Below are positions 12,496-25,529 of a stretch of DNA of 64,000 nucleotides, one piece after another (the stretch's first letter is position 1; each line of letters starts with the position of its first letter). The stretch is from the human T2T-CHM13v2.0 reference genome, Homo sapiens. The translations under genes were made by a program, and so were the position numbers. The notes under the pieces are model-generated. The model was not told the origin of the DNA. It made no database searches and worked only from the letters and a program-made list of their open reading frames with translations. The stretch is taken from NCBI RefSeq assembly GCF_009914755.1, contig NC_060939.1; one strand, written 5' to 3'.

Positions 12496-13154
12496 GTCTG
12501 TCAGACACCCCCGTGCCGGGTAGGGCCCTGCCCCTTCCACGAAAGTGAGAAGCGCGTGCTTCGGTGCTTAGAGAGGCCGAGAGGAATCTAGACAGGCGGG
12601 CCTTGCTGGGCTTCCCCACTCGGTGTACGATTTCGGGAGGTCGAGGCCGGGTCCCCGCTTGGATGCGAGGGGCATTTTCAGACTTTTCTCTCGGTCACGT
12701 GTGGCGTCCGTACTTCTCCTATTTCCCCGATAAGCTCCTCGACTTCAACATAAACGGCGTCCTAAGGGTCGATTTAGTGTCATGCCTCTTTCACCGCCAC
12801 CACCGAAGATGAAAGCAAAGATCGGCTAAATACCGCGTGTTCTCATCTAGAAGTGGGAACTTACAGATGACAGTTCTTGCATGGGCAGAACGAGGGGGAC
12901 CGGGGACGCGGAAGCCTGCTTGAGGGAGGAGGGGTGGAAGGAGAGACAGCTTCAGGAAGAAAACAAAACACGAATACTGTCGGACACAGCACTGACTACC
13001 CGGGTGATGAAATCATCTGCACACTGAACACCCCCGTCACAAGTTTACCTATGTCACAGTCTTGCTCATGTATGCTTGAACGACAAATAAAAGTTCGGGG
13101 GGGAGAAGAGAGGAGAGAGAGAGAGAGACGGGGAGAGAGGGGGGAGAGGGGGGG

Positions 13155-13203
<49 letters not shown>

Positions 13204-13965
13204 GTAAAACCAACCACCACCTCCTTGACCTGAGTCAGGGGGTTTCTGGCCTTTTGGGAGAACGTTCAGCGACAATGCAGTATTTGGGCCCGTTCTTTTT
13301 TTCTTCTTCTTCTTTTCTTTCTTTTTTTTTGGACTGAGTCTCTCTCGCTCTGTCACCCAGGCTGCGGTGCGGTGGCGCTCTCTCGGCTCACTGAAACCTC
13401 TGCTTCCCGGGTTCCAGTGATTCTTCTTCGGTAGCTGGGATTACAGGTGCGCACCATGACGGCCGGCTCATCGTTCTATTTTTAGTAGAGACGGGGTTTC
13501 TCCACGTTGGCCACGCTGGTCTCGAACTCCTGACCACAAATGATCCACCTTCCTGGGCCTCCCAAAGTGCTGGAAACGACAGGCCTGAGCCGCCGGGATT
13601 TCAGCCTTTAAAAGCGCGGGCCCTGCCACCTTTCGCTGCGGCCCTTACGCTCAGAATGACGTGTCCTCTCTGCCATAGGTTGACTCCTTGAGTCCCCTAG
13701 GCCATTGCACTGTAGCCTGGGCAGCAAGAGCCAAACTCCGTCCCCCCACCTCCCCGCGCACATAATAACTAACTAACTAACTAACTAACTAAAATCTCTA
13801 CACGTCACCCATAAGTGTGTGTTCCCGTGAGGAGTGATTTCTAAGAAATGGTACTGTACACTGAACGCAGTGGCTCACGTCTGTCATCCCGAGGTCAGGA
13901 GTTCGAGACCAGCCCGGCCAACGTGGTGAAACCCCCGTCTCTACTGAAAATACGAAATGGAGTCA

Positions 13966-14241
<276 letters not shown>

Positions 14242-14257
14242 CTACTGGGCTAGGGCC

Positions 14258-14773
14258 TTCTCTCTGTCTGTTTCTCTCTGTTCGTCTCTGTCTTTCTCTC
14301 TGTGTCTCTTTCTCTGTCTGTCTGTCTGTCTGTCTGTCTCTTTCTTTCTTTCTGTCTCTGTCTTTGTCCCTCTCTCTCCCTCTCTGCCTGTCTCACTGTG
14401 TCTGTCTTCTATCTTACTCTCTTTCTCTCCCCGTCTGTCTCTCTCTCACTCCCTCCCTGTCTGTTTCTCTCTCTCTCTCTTTCTGTCTGTTTCTGTCTCT
14501 CTCTGTCTGCCTCTCTCTTTCTCTATCTGTCTCTTTCTCTGTCTGTCTGCCCCTCTCTTTCTTTTTCTGTGTCTCTCTGTCTGTCTCTCTCTCTCTCTGT
14601 GCCTATCTTCTGTCTTACTCTCTTTCTCTGCCTGTCTGTCTGTCTCTCTCTGTCTCTCCCTCCCTTTCTGCTTCTCTCTCTCTCTCTCTCTCTCCCCCCT
14701 CCCTGTCTGTTTCTCTCTGTCTCCCTCTCTTTCTGTCTGTTTCTCACTGTCTCTCTCTGTCTGTCTGTTTCAT

Positions 14774-14808
<35 letters not shown>

Positions 14809-14908
14809 GTCTCTCCCTCTCTGTGTGTATCTTTTGTCTTACTCTCCTTCTCTGCCTGTCCGTCTGTCTGTCTGTCTCTCTCTCTCCCTGTCCCTCTCTC
14901 TTTCTGTC

Positions 14909-14949
<41 letters not shown>

Positions 14950-15226
14950 GTCTTTCTCTGTCTGTCCCTTTCTCTGTCTGTCTGCCTCTCTCTTTCTCTT
15001 TCTGTGTCTCTCTGTCTCTCTCTCTGTGCCTATCTTCTGTCTTACTCTCTTTCTCTGCCTGTCTATCTGTCTGTCTCTCTCTGTCTCTCTCCCTGCCTTT
15101 CTGTTTCTCTCTCTCTCCCTCTCTCGCTCTCTCTGTCTTTCTCTCTTTCTCTCTGTTTCTCTGTCTCTCTCTGTCCGTCTCTGTCTTTTTCTGTCTGTCT
15201 GTCTCTCTCTTTCTTTCTGTCGTCTG

Positions 15227-15262
<36 letters not shown>

Positions 15263-15453
15263 TCCTTGTCTCTCTCACTGTGTCTGTCTTCTGTCTTACT
15301 CTCCTTCTCTGCCTGTCCATCTGTCTGTCTGTCTCTCTCTCTCTCTCCCTACCTTTCTGTTTCTCTCTCGCTAGCTCTCTCTCTCTCTGCCTGTTTCTCT
15401 CTTTCTCTCTCTGTCTTTCTCTGTCTGTCTCTTTCTCTGTCTGTCTGTCTCTT

Positions 15454-15498
<45 letters not shown>

Positions 15499-15741
15499 GC
15501 CTCTCTCACTGTGTCTGTCTTCTGTCTTATTCTCTTTCTCTCTCTGTCTCTCTCTCTCTCTCCTTTCCTGTCTGTTTTTCTCTCTCTCTCTCTCTTTCTG
15601 CCTGTTTCTCTCTGTCTGTCTCTGTCTTTCTCTGTCTGTCTGCCTCTCTCTTTCTTTTTCTGCGTCTCTCTGTCTCTCTCTCTCTCTCTCTGTTCCTATC
15701 TTCTGTCTTACTCTGTTTCCTTGCCTGCCTGCCTGTCTGTG

Positions 15742-15781
<40 letters not shown>

Positions 15782-15891
15782 CCTTTCTCTTTCTCTGTCT
15801 CTCTCTCTCTTTCTGGGTGTTTCTCTCTGTCTCTCTGTCCATCTCTGTCTTTCTATGTCTGTCTCTCTCTTTCTCTCTGTCTCTGTCTCTG

Positions 15892-15926
<35 letters not shown>

Positions 15927-16845
15927 GTCTCTCTCACTGTGTGTGTCTGTCTTCTGTCTTACTCTCCTTCTCTGCCTGTCCGTCTGTCTGTCTGTCTCTC
16001 CCTCTCTCTCCCTCCCTTTCTGTTTCTCTCTCTCTCTCTTTCTGTCTGTTTCTCTCTTTCTCTCTCTGTCTGTCTCTTTCTCTGTCTGTCTGTCTCTCTC
16101 TTTCTTTTTCTCTGTCTCTCTGTCTCTCTCTGTGTCTGTCTCTCTGTCTGTGCCTATCTTCTGTCTTACTCTCTTTCTCTGGCTGTCTGCCTGTCTCTCT
16201 CTCTCTCTCTGTCTGTCTCCGTCCCTCTCTCCCTGTCTGTCTGTTTCTCTCTCTGCCTCTCTCTCTCTCTGTCTGTCTCTTTCTCTGTCTGTCTGTCTCT
16301 CTCTTTCTTTTTCTCTGTCTCTCTGTCTCTCTCTGTGTCTGTCTCTCTTTCTGTGCCTATCTTCTGTCTTACTCTCTTTCTCTGGCTGTCTGCCTGTCTC
16401 TCTCTCTCTGCCTGTCTCCGTCCCTCCCTCCCTGTCTGTCTGTTTCTCTCTCTGTCTCTGTCTCTCTGTCCATCTCTGTCTGTCTCTTTCTCTTTCTCTC
16501 TCTCTGTCTCTGTCTCTCTCTCTCTCTGCCTGTCTCTCTCACTGTGTCTGTCTTCTGTCTTACTCTCTTTCTCTGCCTGCCTCTCTGTCTGTCTGTCTCT
16601 CTCCCTCCATGTCTCTCTCTCTCTCTCACTCACTCTCTCTCCGTCTCTCTCTCTTTCTGTCTGTTTCTCTCTCTGTCTGTCTCTCTCCCTCCATGTCTCT
16701 CTCTCTCTCTCTCTCACTCACTCTCTCTCCGTCTCTCTCTCTCTTTCTGTCTGTTTCTCTCTCTGTCTGTCTCTCTCCCTCCATGTCTCTCTCTCTCCCT
16801 CTCACTCACTCTCTCTCCGTCTCTCTCTCTCTTTCTGTCTGTTTC

Positions 16846-16906
<61 letters not shown>

Positions 16907-16939
16907 GTCTTTCTCCCTCCCTGTCTGTCTGTCTGTCTC

Positions 16940-16972
<33 letters not shown>

Positions 16973-17050
16973 TTCTCTTTCTGTCTGTTTCTCTCTATCT
17001 CTCGCTGTCCATCTCTGTCTTTCTATGTCTGTCTCTTTCTCTGTCAGTCT
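14258..17050 (+). repeat. CT/CTGT-rich polypyrimidine block 2
   Basis: ~2.8 kb with the same motifs as block 1. Confidence 0.95.
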
Positions 17051-17311
17051 GTCAGACACCCCCGTGCCGGGTAGGGCCCTGCCCCTTCCACGAGAGTGAG
17101 AAGCGCGTGCTTCGGTGCTTAGAGAGGCCGAGAGGAATCTAGACAGGCGGGCCTTGCTGGGCTTCCCCACTCGGTGTACGATTTCGGGAGGTCGAGGCCG
17201 GGTCCCCGCTTGGATGCGAGGGGCATTTTCAGACTTTTCTCTCGGTCACGTGTGGCGTCCGTACTTCTCCTATTTCCCCGATAAGCTCCTCGACTTCAAC
17301 ATAAACTGTGA

Positions 17312-17515
17312 AGGCCGGACGCAACACGGCGAAACCCCGTCTCTACTAAAAATACAAAGCTGAGTCGGGAGCGGTGGGGCAGGCCCCTGTAATGCCAGCT
17401 CCTCGGGAGGCTGAGGCGGGAGAATCGCTTGAACCAGGGAAGCGGAGGCTGCAGGGAGCCGAGATCGCGCCACTGCACTACGGCCCAGGCTGTAGAGTGA
17501 GTGAGACTCGGTCTC
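17312..17515 (+). mobile_element. Alu with large left-arm deletion
   Basis: GGCCGGACGC joined to AACACGGCGAAACCCCGTCTCTACTAAAAATACAAA; right arm intact. Confidence 0.8.
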
Positions 17516-18707
17516 TAAATAAATACGGAAATTAATTAATTCATTAATTCTTTTCCCTGCTGACGGACATTTGCAGGCAGGCATCGGTTGTCTTCGGGCA
17601 TCACCTAGCGGCCACTGTTATTGAAAGTCGACGTGACACGGAGGGAGGTCTCGCCGACTTCACCGAGCCTGGGGCAACGGGTTTCTCTCTCTCCCTTCTG
17701 GAGGCCCCTCCCTCTCTCCCTCGTTGCCTAGGGAACCTCGCCTAGGGAACCTCCGCCCTGGCGGGGGCCCTATTGTTCTTTGATCGGCGCTTTACTTTTC
17801 TTTGTGTTTTGGCGCCTAGACTCTTCTACTTGGGCTTTGGGAAGGGTCAGTTTAATTTTCAAGTTGCCCCCCGGCTCCCCCCACTACCCACGTCCCTTCA
17901 CCTTAATTTAGTGAGTCGGTTAGGTGGGTTTCCCCCAAACCGCCCCCCCCCCCCCGCCTCCCAACACCCTGCTTGGAAACCTTCCAGAGCCACCCCGGTG
18001 TGCCTCCGTCTTCTCTCCCCTTCCCCCACCCCTTGCCGGCGATCTCATTCTTGCCAGGCTGACATTTGCATCGGTGGGCGTCAGGCCTCACTCGGGGGCC
18101 ACCGTTTTTGAAGATGGGGGCGGCACGGTCCCACTTCCCCGGAGGCAGCTTGGGCCGATGGCATAGCCCCTTGACCCGCGTGGGCAAGCGGGCGGGTCTG
18201 CAGTTGTGAGGCTTTTCCCCCCGCTGCTTCCCGCCTCAGGCCTCCCTCCCTAGGAAAGCTTCACCCTGGCTGGGTCTCGGTCACCTTTTATCACGATGTT
18301 TTAGTTTCTCCGCCCTCCGGCCAGCAGAGTTTCACAATGCGAAGGGCGCCACGGCTCTAGTCTGGGCCTTCTCAGTACTTGCCCAAAATAGAAACGCTTT
18401 CTGAAAACTAATAACTTTGCTCACTTAAGATTTCCAGGGACGGCGCCTTGGCCCGTGTTTGTTGGCTTGTTTTGTTTCGTTCTGTTTTGTTTTGTTCGTG
18501 TTTTTCCTTTCTCGTATGTCTTTCTTTTCAGGTGAAGTAGAAATCCCCAGTTTTCAGGAAGACGTCTATTTTCCCCAAGACACGTTAGCTGCCGTTTTTT
18601 CCTGTTGTGAACTAGCGCTTTTGTGACTCTCTCAACGTGCAGTGAGAGCCGGTTGATGTTTACTATCCTTCATCATGACATCTTATTTTCTAGAAATCCG
18701 TAGGCGA

Positions 18708-18795
18708 ATGCTGCTGCTGCTCTTGTTGCTGTTGTTGTTGTTGTTGTTGTCGTCGTTGCTGTTGTCGTTGTCGTTGTTGTTGTCGTTGTCGTTGT
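18708..18795 (+). repeat. Degenerate (TGC/TTG/GTC)n trinucleotide tract
   Basis: Seen directly. Confidence 0.85.
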
Positions 18796-18869
18796 TTTCA
18801 AAGTATACCCCGGCCACCGTTTATGGGATCAAAAGCATTATAAAATATGTGTGATTATTTCTTGAGCAC

Positions 18870-19469
18870 GCCCTTCCTCCCCCTCTCTCTGTCTCTCTGT
18901 CTGTCTCTGTCTCTCTCTTTCTCTGTCTGTCTTCTCTCTCTCTCTCTCTCTGTGTCTCTCTCTCTCTGCCTGTCTGTTTCTCTCTCTCTGCCTCTCTCTC
19001 TCTCTCTCTCTCTGCCTGTCTCTCTCACTGTGTCTGTCTTCTGTCTTACTCCCTTTCTCTGTCTGTCTGTCGGTCTCTCTCTCTCTCTCTCCCTGTCTGT
19101 ATGTTTCTCTCTGTCTCTGTCTCTCTCTCTCTTTCTGTTTCTCTCTCTCCGTCTCTGTCTTTCTCTGACTGTCTCTCTCTTTCCTTCTCTCTGTCTCTCT
19201 CTGCCTGTCTCTCTCACTCTGTCTTCTGTCTTACTCTCTCTCTCTGCCTGCCTGTCTCTCTCACTCTCTCTCTCTGTGTGTCTCTCTCTCTCTTTCTGTT
19301 TCTCTCTGTCTCTCTGTCCGTCTCTGTCTTTCTCTGTCTGTCTCTTTGTCTGTCTGTCTTTGTCTTTCCTTCTCTCTGTCTCTGTCTCTCTCACTGTGTC
19401 TGTCTTCTGTCTTAGTCTCTCTCTCTCTCTCTCCCTGTCTGTCTGTCTCTCTCTCTCTCTCCCCCTGTC

Positions 19470-19514
<45 letters not shown>

Positions 19515-19787
19515 TTGTCTTTCTTTCTGTCTCTGTCTCTCTCTCTCTCTCTGTGTGTCTGTCTTCTGTCTTACTGTCTTTCTCTGCCTGTCTGTCTGTC
19601 TGTCTCTCTCTGTCTGTCTCTCTCTCTCTCTCCCCCCTGTCGGCTGTTTCTCTGTCTCTGTCTGTGTCTCTCTTTCTGTCTGTTTCTCTCTGTCTGTCTT
19701 TCTCTCTCTGTCTCTTTCTCTCTGTCTCTCTGTCTGTCTCTGTCTCTCTCTCTGTCTCTCTCTCTCTGTGGGGGGGTGTGTGTGTGT

Positions 19788-19824
<37 letters not shown>

Positions 19825-20075
19825 TGCCTTCTGTCTTACTCTCTTTCTCTGCCTGTCTGTCTGCCTGTCTGTTTGTCTCTCTCTCTCTGCCTGTCTCTCT
19901 CCCTTCCTGTCTGTTTCTCTCTCTTTCTGTTTCTCTCTGTCTCTGTCCATCTCTGTCTTTCTCCGTCTGTCTCTTTATCTGTCTCTCTCCGTCTGTCTCT
20001 TTATCTGTCTCTCTCTCTCTTTCTGTCTTTCTCTCTCTGTGTATCGTTGTCTCTCTCTGTCTGTCTCTGTCTCTG

Positions 20076-20108
<33 letters not shown>

Positions 20109-20170
20109 GTCTGTCTGTCCGTCTGTCTGTCTCGGTCTCTGGCTCTCGCTATCTCCCGCCCTCTCTTTTT
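18870..20170 (+). repeat. CT/CTGT-rich polypyrimidine block 3 with internal (TG)n
   Basis: Seen directly. Confidence 0.95.
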
Positions 20171-21451
20171 TTGCAAAAGAAGCTCAAGTACATCTAATCT
20201 AATCCCTTACCAAGGCCTGAATTCTTCACTTCTGACATCCCAGATTTGATCTCCCTACAGAATGCTGTACAGAACTGGCGAGTTGATTTCTGGACTTGGA
20301 TACCTCATAGAAACTACATATGAATAAAGATCCAATCCTAAAATCTGGGGTGGCTTCTCCCTCGACTGTCTCGAAAAATCGTACCTCTGTTCCCCTAGGA
20401 TGCCGGAAGAGTTTTCTCAATGTGCATCTGCCCGTGTCCTAAGTGATCTGTGACCGAGCCCTGTCCGTCCTGTCTCAAATATGTACGTGCAAACACTTCT
20501 CTCCATTTCCACAACTACCCACGGCCCCTTGTGGAACCACTGGCTCTTTGAAAAAAATCCCAGAAGTGGTTTTGGCTTTTTGGCTAGGAGGCCTAAGCCT
20601 GCTGAGAACTTTCCTGCCCAGGATCCTGTGTGACCAAAAGTGCCTCTGCTGGGAGCTGGGATCCTCGGGACCATGCTTGCTAGCGCTGGATGAGTCTCTG
20701 GAAGGACGCACGGGACTCCGCAAAGCTGACCTGTCCCACCGAGGTCAAATGGATACCTCTGCATTGGCCCGAGGCCTCCGAAGTACATCACCGTCACCAA
20801 CCGTCACCGTCAGCATCCTTGTGAGCCTGCCCAAGGCCCCGCCTCCGGGGAGACTCTTGGGAGCCCGGCCTTCGTCGGCTAAAGTCCAAAGGGATGGTGA
20901 CTTCCACCCACAAGGTCCCCACTGAACGGCGAAGATGTGGAGCGTAGGTCAGAGAGGGGACCAGGAGGGGAGACGTCCCGACAGGCGACGAGTTCCCAAG
21001 GCTCTGGCCACCCCACCCACGCCCCACGCCCCACGTCCCGGGCACCCGCGGGACACCGCCGCTTTATCCCCTCCTCTGTCCACAGCCGGCCCCACCCCAC
21101 CACGCAACCCACGCACACACGCTGGAGGTTCCAAAACCACACGGTGTGACTAGAGCCTGACGGAGCGAGAGCCCATTTCACGAGGTGGGAGGGGTGGGGG
21201 TGGGGTGGGTTGGGGGTTGTGGGGTCTGTGGCGAGCCCGATTCTCCCTCTTGGGTGGCTACAGGCTAGAAATGAATATCGCTTCTTGGGCGGAGGGGCTT
21301 CCTTAGGCCATCACCGCTTGCGGGACTACCTCTCAAACCCTCCCTTGAGGCCACAAAATAGATTCCACCCCACCCATCGACGTTTCCCCCGGGTGCTGGA
21401 TGTATCCTGTCAAGAGACCTGAGCCTGACACCGTCGAATTAAACACCTTGA

Positions 21452-21690
<239 letters not shown>

Positions 21691-21730
21691 TCGAGCCACA
21701 CCTCATTCCGTGCCACAGAGAGACTTCTTT

Positions 21731-24700
21731 TTTTTTTTTTTTTTAAGCGCAACGCAACATGTCTGCCTTATTTGAGTGGCTTCCTATATCATTATAATTG
21801 TGTTATAGATGAAGAAACGGTATTAAACACTGTGCTAATGATAGTGAAAGTGAAGACAAAAGAAAGGCTATCTATTTTGTGGTTAGAATAAAGTTGCTCA
21901 GTATTTAGAGCTACCTAAATACGTCAGCATTTACACTCTTCCTAGTAAAAGCTGGCCAATCTGAATAATCCTCCTTTAAACAAACACAATTTTTGATAGG
22001 GTTAAGATTTTTTTAAGAATGCGACTCCTGCAAAATAGCTGAACAGACGATACACATTTAAAAAAATAACAACACAAGGATCAACCAGACTTGGGAAAAA
22101 ATCGAAAACCACACAAGTCTTATGAAGAACTGAGTTCTTAAAATAGGACGGAGAACGTAGCTATCGGAAGAGAAGGCAGTATTGGCAAGTTGATTGTTAC
22201 GTTGGTCAGCAGTAGCTGGCACTATCTTTTTGGCCATCTTTCGGGCAATGTAACTACTACAGCAAAATGAGATATGATCCATGAAACAACATATTCGCAA
22301 ATCAAAAAGTGTTTCAGTAATATAATGCTTCAGATTTAGAAGCAAATCAAATGATAGAACTCCACTGCTGTAATAAGTCACCCCAAAGATCACCGTATCT
22401 GACAAAATAACTACCACAGGGTTATGACTTCAGAATCATACTTTCTCTTGATATTTACTTATGTATGTATTTATTTTTTTTAATTTATTTCTCTTGAGAC
22501 GGCGTCTCGCTCTGTCGCCCAGGCTGGAGTGCGATGGTGTGATCTCGGCTCACTGCAACCGCCACCTCCCTGGGTTCAAGCGATTCTCCTGCCTCAGCCT
22601 CCCGAGTAGCTGGGACTACAGGTGCCCGCCACCACGCCCAGCTAATCTTTATACTTTTAATAGAGACGGGGTTTCACCGTGTCGGCCCGGATGGTCTCGA
22701 TCTCTTGACCTCGTGACCCGCCCGCCTCGGCCTCCCAAAGTGCTGGGATGACAGGCGTGAGCCACTGAGCCCGGCCTTCTCTTGACGTTTAAACTATGAA
22801 GTCAGTCCAGAGAAACGCAATAAATGTCAACGGTGAGGATGGTGTTGAGGCAGAAGTAGGACCACACTTTTTCCTATCTTATTCAGTTGATAACAATATG
22901 ACCTAGGTAGTAATTTCCTATGTGCCTACTTATACACGAGTACAAAAGAGTAAAACAGAGAGACTGCTAAATTAAAGGGTACGTGAAGTTCTTCATAGTA
23001 ACTCCGTAAACTGGAACACTGTCAAAAAGCAGCAGCTAGTGAATTGTTTCCATGTATTTTTCTATGATCCAATAAGTGAACTATGCTATTCCTTTCCAGT
23101 CTCCCAAGCACTTCTTGTCCCCATCACCACTTCGGTGCTCGAAGAAAAAGTAACAAATCAAGGAACACAACTAAAGAAACACACACACAAACCAAAGACA
23201 ACTACAGCGTCTGCAAAAGTTTGCTAGAAGACTGAAACTGTTGAGTATAAGGATCTGGTATTCTACGATGATCATGAGTTCACTTCAGAGTTTGTTCAAG
23301 ACATACGTTTCGTAAGGAAACATCTTAGTTAGAAGTTATTCAGCAGTAGGTACCATCCCTAAGTATTTTTCACCAAATTCGTGACAATAAAGAGCTATCT
23401 AACCAGAAAAATTAGCGAGTACCGGCACCATCCATAGGGCTTTGTCTTTACGCTTCATTAGCACTTACCATGCCTTACAATGTCTAGGATTGACCCTGAT
23501 AGCATTTCGAAAACAAGCTAATGCTTTGTCCAGTTCTTCAGTGAAGACAAGCTCACGCCCTAATGCGCTATAGGCATAAGCATCATTTGGATCCACTTCG
23601 AGAGTTCTCTGGAAGAATTGAATCGCAATATCGTGTTCCCGTTGCAGACCGAAACAGTTCCCTGCAGCACACCAGGCCTCTGGCTGGCGAATTTTTATCC
23701 ATGTCTGTGAAGTCTTTGGACAGAACTGAAAGAGCAACCTCTTTCGGAGGATGCCAAAGTGTTGTAGAGTAGATCTCCATGCCTTCGACTCTGTAATTCT
23801 CAATCCTCCTAACCTCTGAGAATTGTCTTTCAGCTTGCGTGGACTCTGAAAGTTTACAATAGGCCCTTCCGATTTGGCACAGTACCCAACCGGTATTGCA
23901 GTGGTGAGAAGCTAGATGGCTCAAGATGCTGATAGCTTCTTTGCCGTGGTAAGAACACAAAGCTAAATAACCTTTCCCCCTTTCACGAAGAAGGCTCATC
24001 AAGCCTTCCGCTGCTGCTTTTTGTAGATTAAAAGCCTGAATCTGAGGCGCGATTGCGGCTATTTTCCCTTCTGAAATGACGGAAGAGTCCAATTTTGTCA
24101 CTTCCAGGCTATCACTTATGTTCGGTGGAGTTATTGCTCCTTTATTAGTTTTACTTTTGGTTCTTCTGTTTGGGATTTTAGGTGGAAACTTCATTTTTAA
24201 TTTTCTCCTATTCTCCTCGGTTGTGGAGCTGTCACTAGTCAAGAGTCGTGAATTTCTTCGAGGCGGTGCATTTGGGGGAGATGCCATAGTGGGGCTCAAT
24301 ACCTGAGGTGTTGCCCTTGTCGGCGGACCAGAACTTTGTGTTTTTGCAAGGACTGGAGTTACCTTTCGGCTCTTTCCCCTCTGCGAGAAGACAGACGGTG
24401 TTCCGGTTTGGCCGATTCTGGCAACAGGCTTTTCTGAAGGGGCTCCGGTGGATGGCACGTCAATGACAGACGGTGTCTCATACCAGTGCAGTTTTGTCAA
24501 TAGGGTCCGTCTCCGGGACTTGGGGTTTCTAATGGCAAAATGCCAACACTTGGGGTTAATGGACTAACAGCTGCTGGTCCTCCTAATAAACTTCGACCAG
24601 TTTTTGGTTTATGTTGAACCTGTTTAGATCATATGGAAGTTCCTGTTCCCAGTGGGACAGTATCAGGTGAAAGGACAGCTGAATCGATAGAAGACACTGG

Positions 24701-25529
24701 GGAGTCTGTATTCAAGGAGTACTTTGAATTGGAAGATTCTAAATTCCATCCGTTTCATTCGACGGTGTCCTGGGGTGTTTCCGTAAGAACGGTCTCGGGC
24801 TGTCTGTGACATAAACTAGGACGAGGTCCAAGTGTTGTGGCGCAACACTTGGACAGGCAGTTGCTAAAGCTCTCTAGAGAGGTGAATCAAAATGTTTGGT
24901 CAGGATCTGGCTTTTCCCCCCTATTTCACATCATGATTCAAAGGGACACCAGAGGAAAGGATTTCAACGAAGGCTCTTTTGGTCACATTCTGATCCTTTG
25001 GTAAGCCGATCTGTCTTGCAATATACATGTCCCGACGATGGAAGGGGAAAGCGAGCTGAATCACCAAACTCAGGAACGATAATATCATCGTGGCTTTTCT
25101 GCTTATGAAACACTCCACCCGATAAGATTTGATCCCCTTCTGCAAGCTTGCTGAGATCAACACAACATTTCGCAAGCAGGCATTTGCATTGCGGGGTAGT
25201 ACAACTGTGTCCTTTCAAGAGTCTATATGTTTTATAGGCCTTTCCTGAGCGGTAAGAACAGGTCGCCAGTAAGAACAAGGCTTCTTCTGAGTGTACTTCT
25301 GCATAAAGGCGTTCTGCGGGGGAAACCGCATCTCGGTAGGCATAGTGGTTTAGTGCTTGCCATATAGCAGCCTGGACGGGTCCCTGCAGCACCGCCATCC
25401 TCGAGGCTCAGGCCCACTTTCTGCAGTGCCACAGGCACCCCCCCCCCCCCCCATAGCGGCTCCGGCCCGGCCAGCCTCGGCTCATTTAAAGGCACCAGCC
25501 GCCGTTACCGGGGGATGGGGGAGTCCGAG
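21731..25529 (-). pseudogene. CDC27P: CDC27 (APC3) processed pseudogene: 5'UTR, spliced CDS to ...NPRHCKAW (23469-25398), putative intronic 3' extension and poly(A)
   Basis: ORF fragments MAVLQGPVQAAIWQALNHYAYRDA.., ..LKMKFPPKIPNR..QKAAAEGLMSLLRE.., ..EAWCAAGNCFGLQREHDIAIQFFQR..DKALACFRNAIRVNPRH match CDC27; frameshifts; no introns within the CDS part. CDS portion is high confidence; the 3' boundary is inferred from poly(A) and TSD. Confidence 0.9.
22495..22776 (-). mobile_element. Full-length Alu (AluS-like) with TSD
   Basis: Canonical Alu; flanking direct repeat TTCTCTTGA(TA/CG)TTTA at 22443-22457 and 22777-22791. Confidence 0.9.

Noticed and set aside
18708-18795. Possible polyQ-coding tract on the minus strand
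   Set aside because: No supporting ORF or exon context; simple repeat.
22058-22417. 119-aa hydrophobic ORF
   Set aside because: Non-ATG start in AT-rich putative intronic sequence; no recognisable homology.
23583-24500. 305-aa ORF as a functional CDC27 gene
   Set aside because: Fragment bounded by frameshifts, with a non-native start and a diverged C-terminus.
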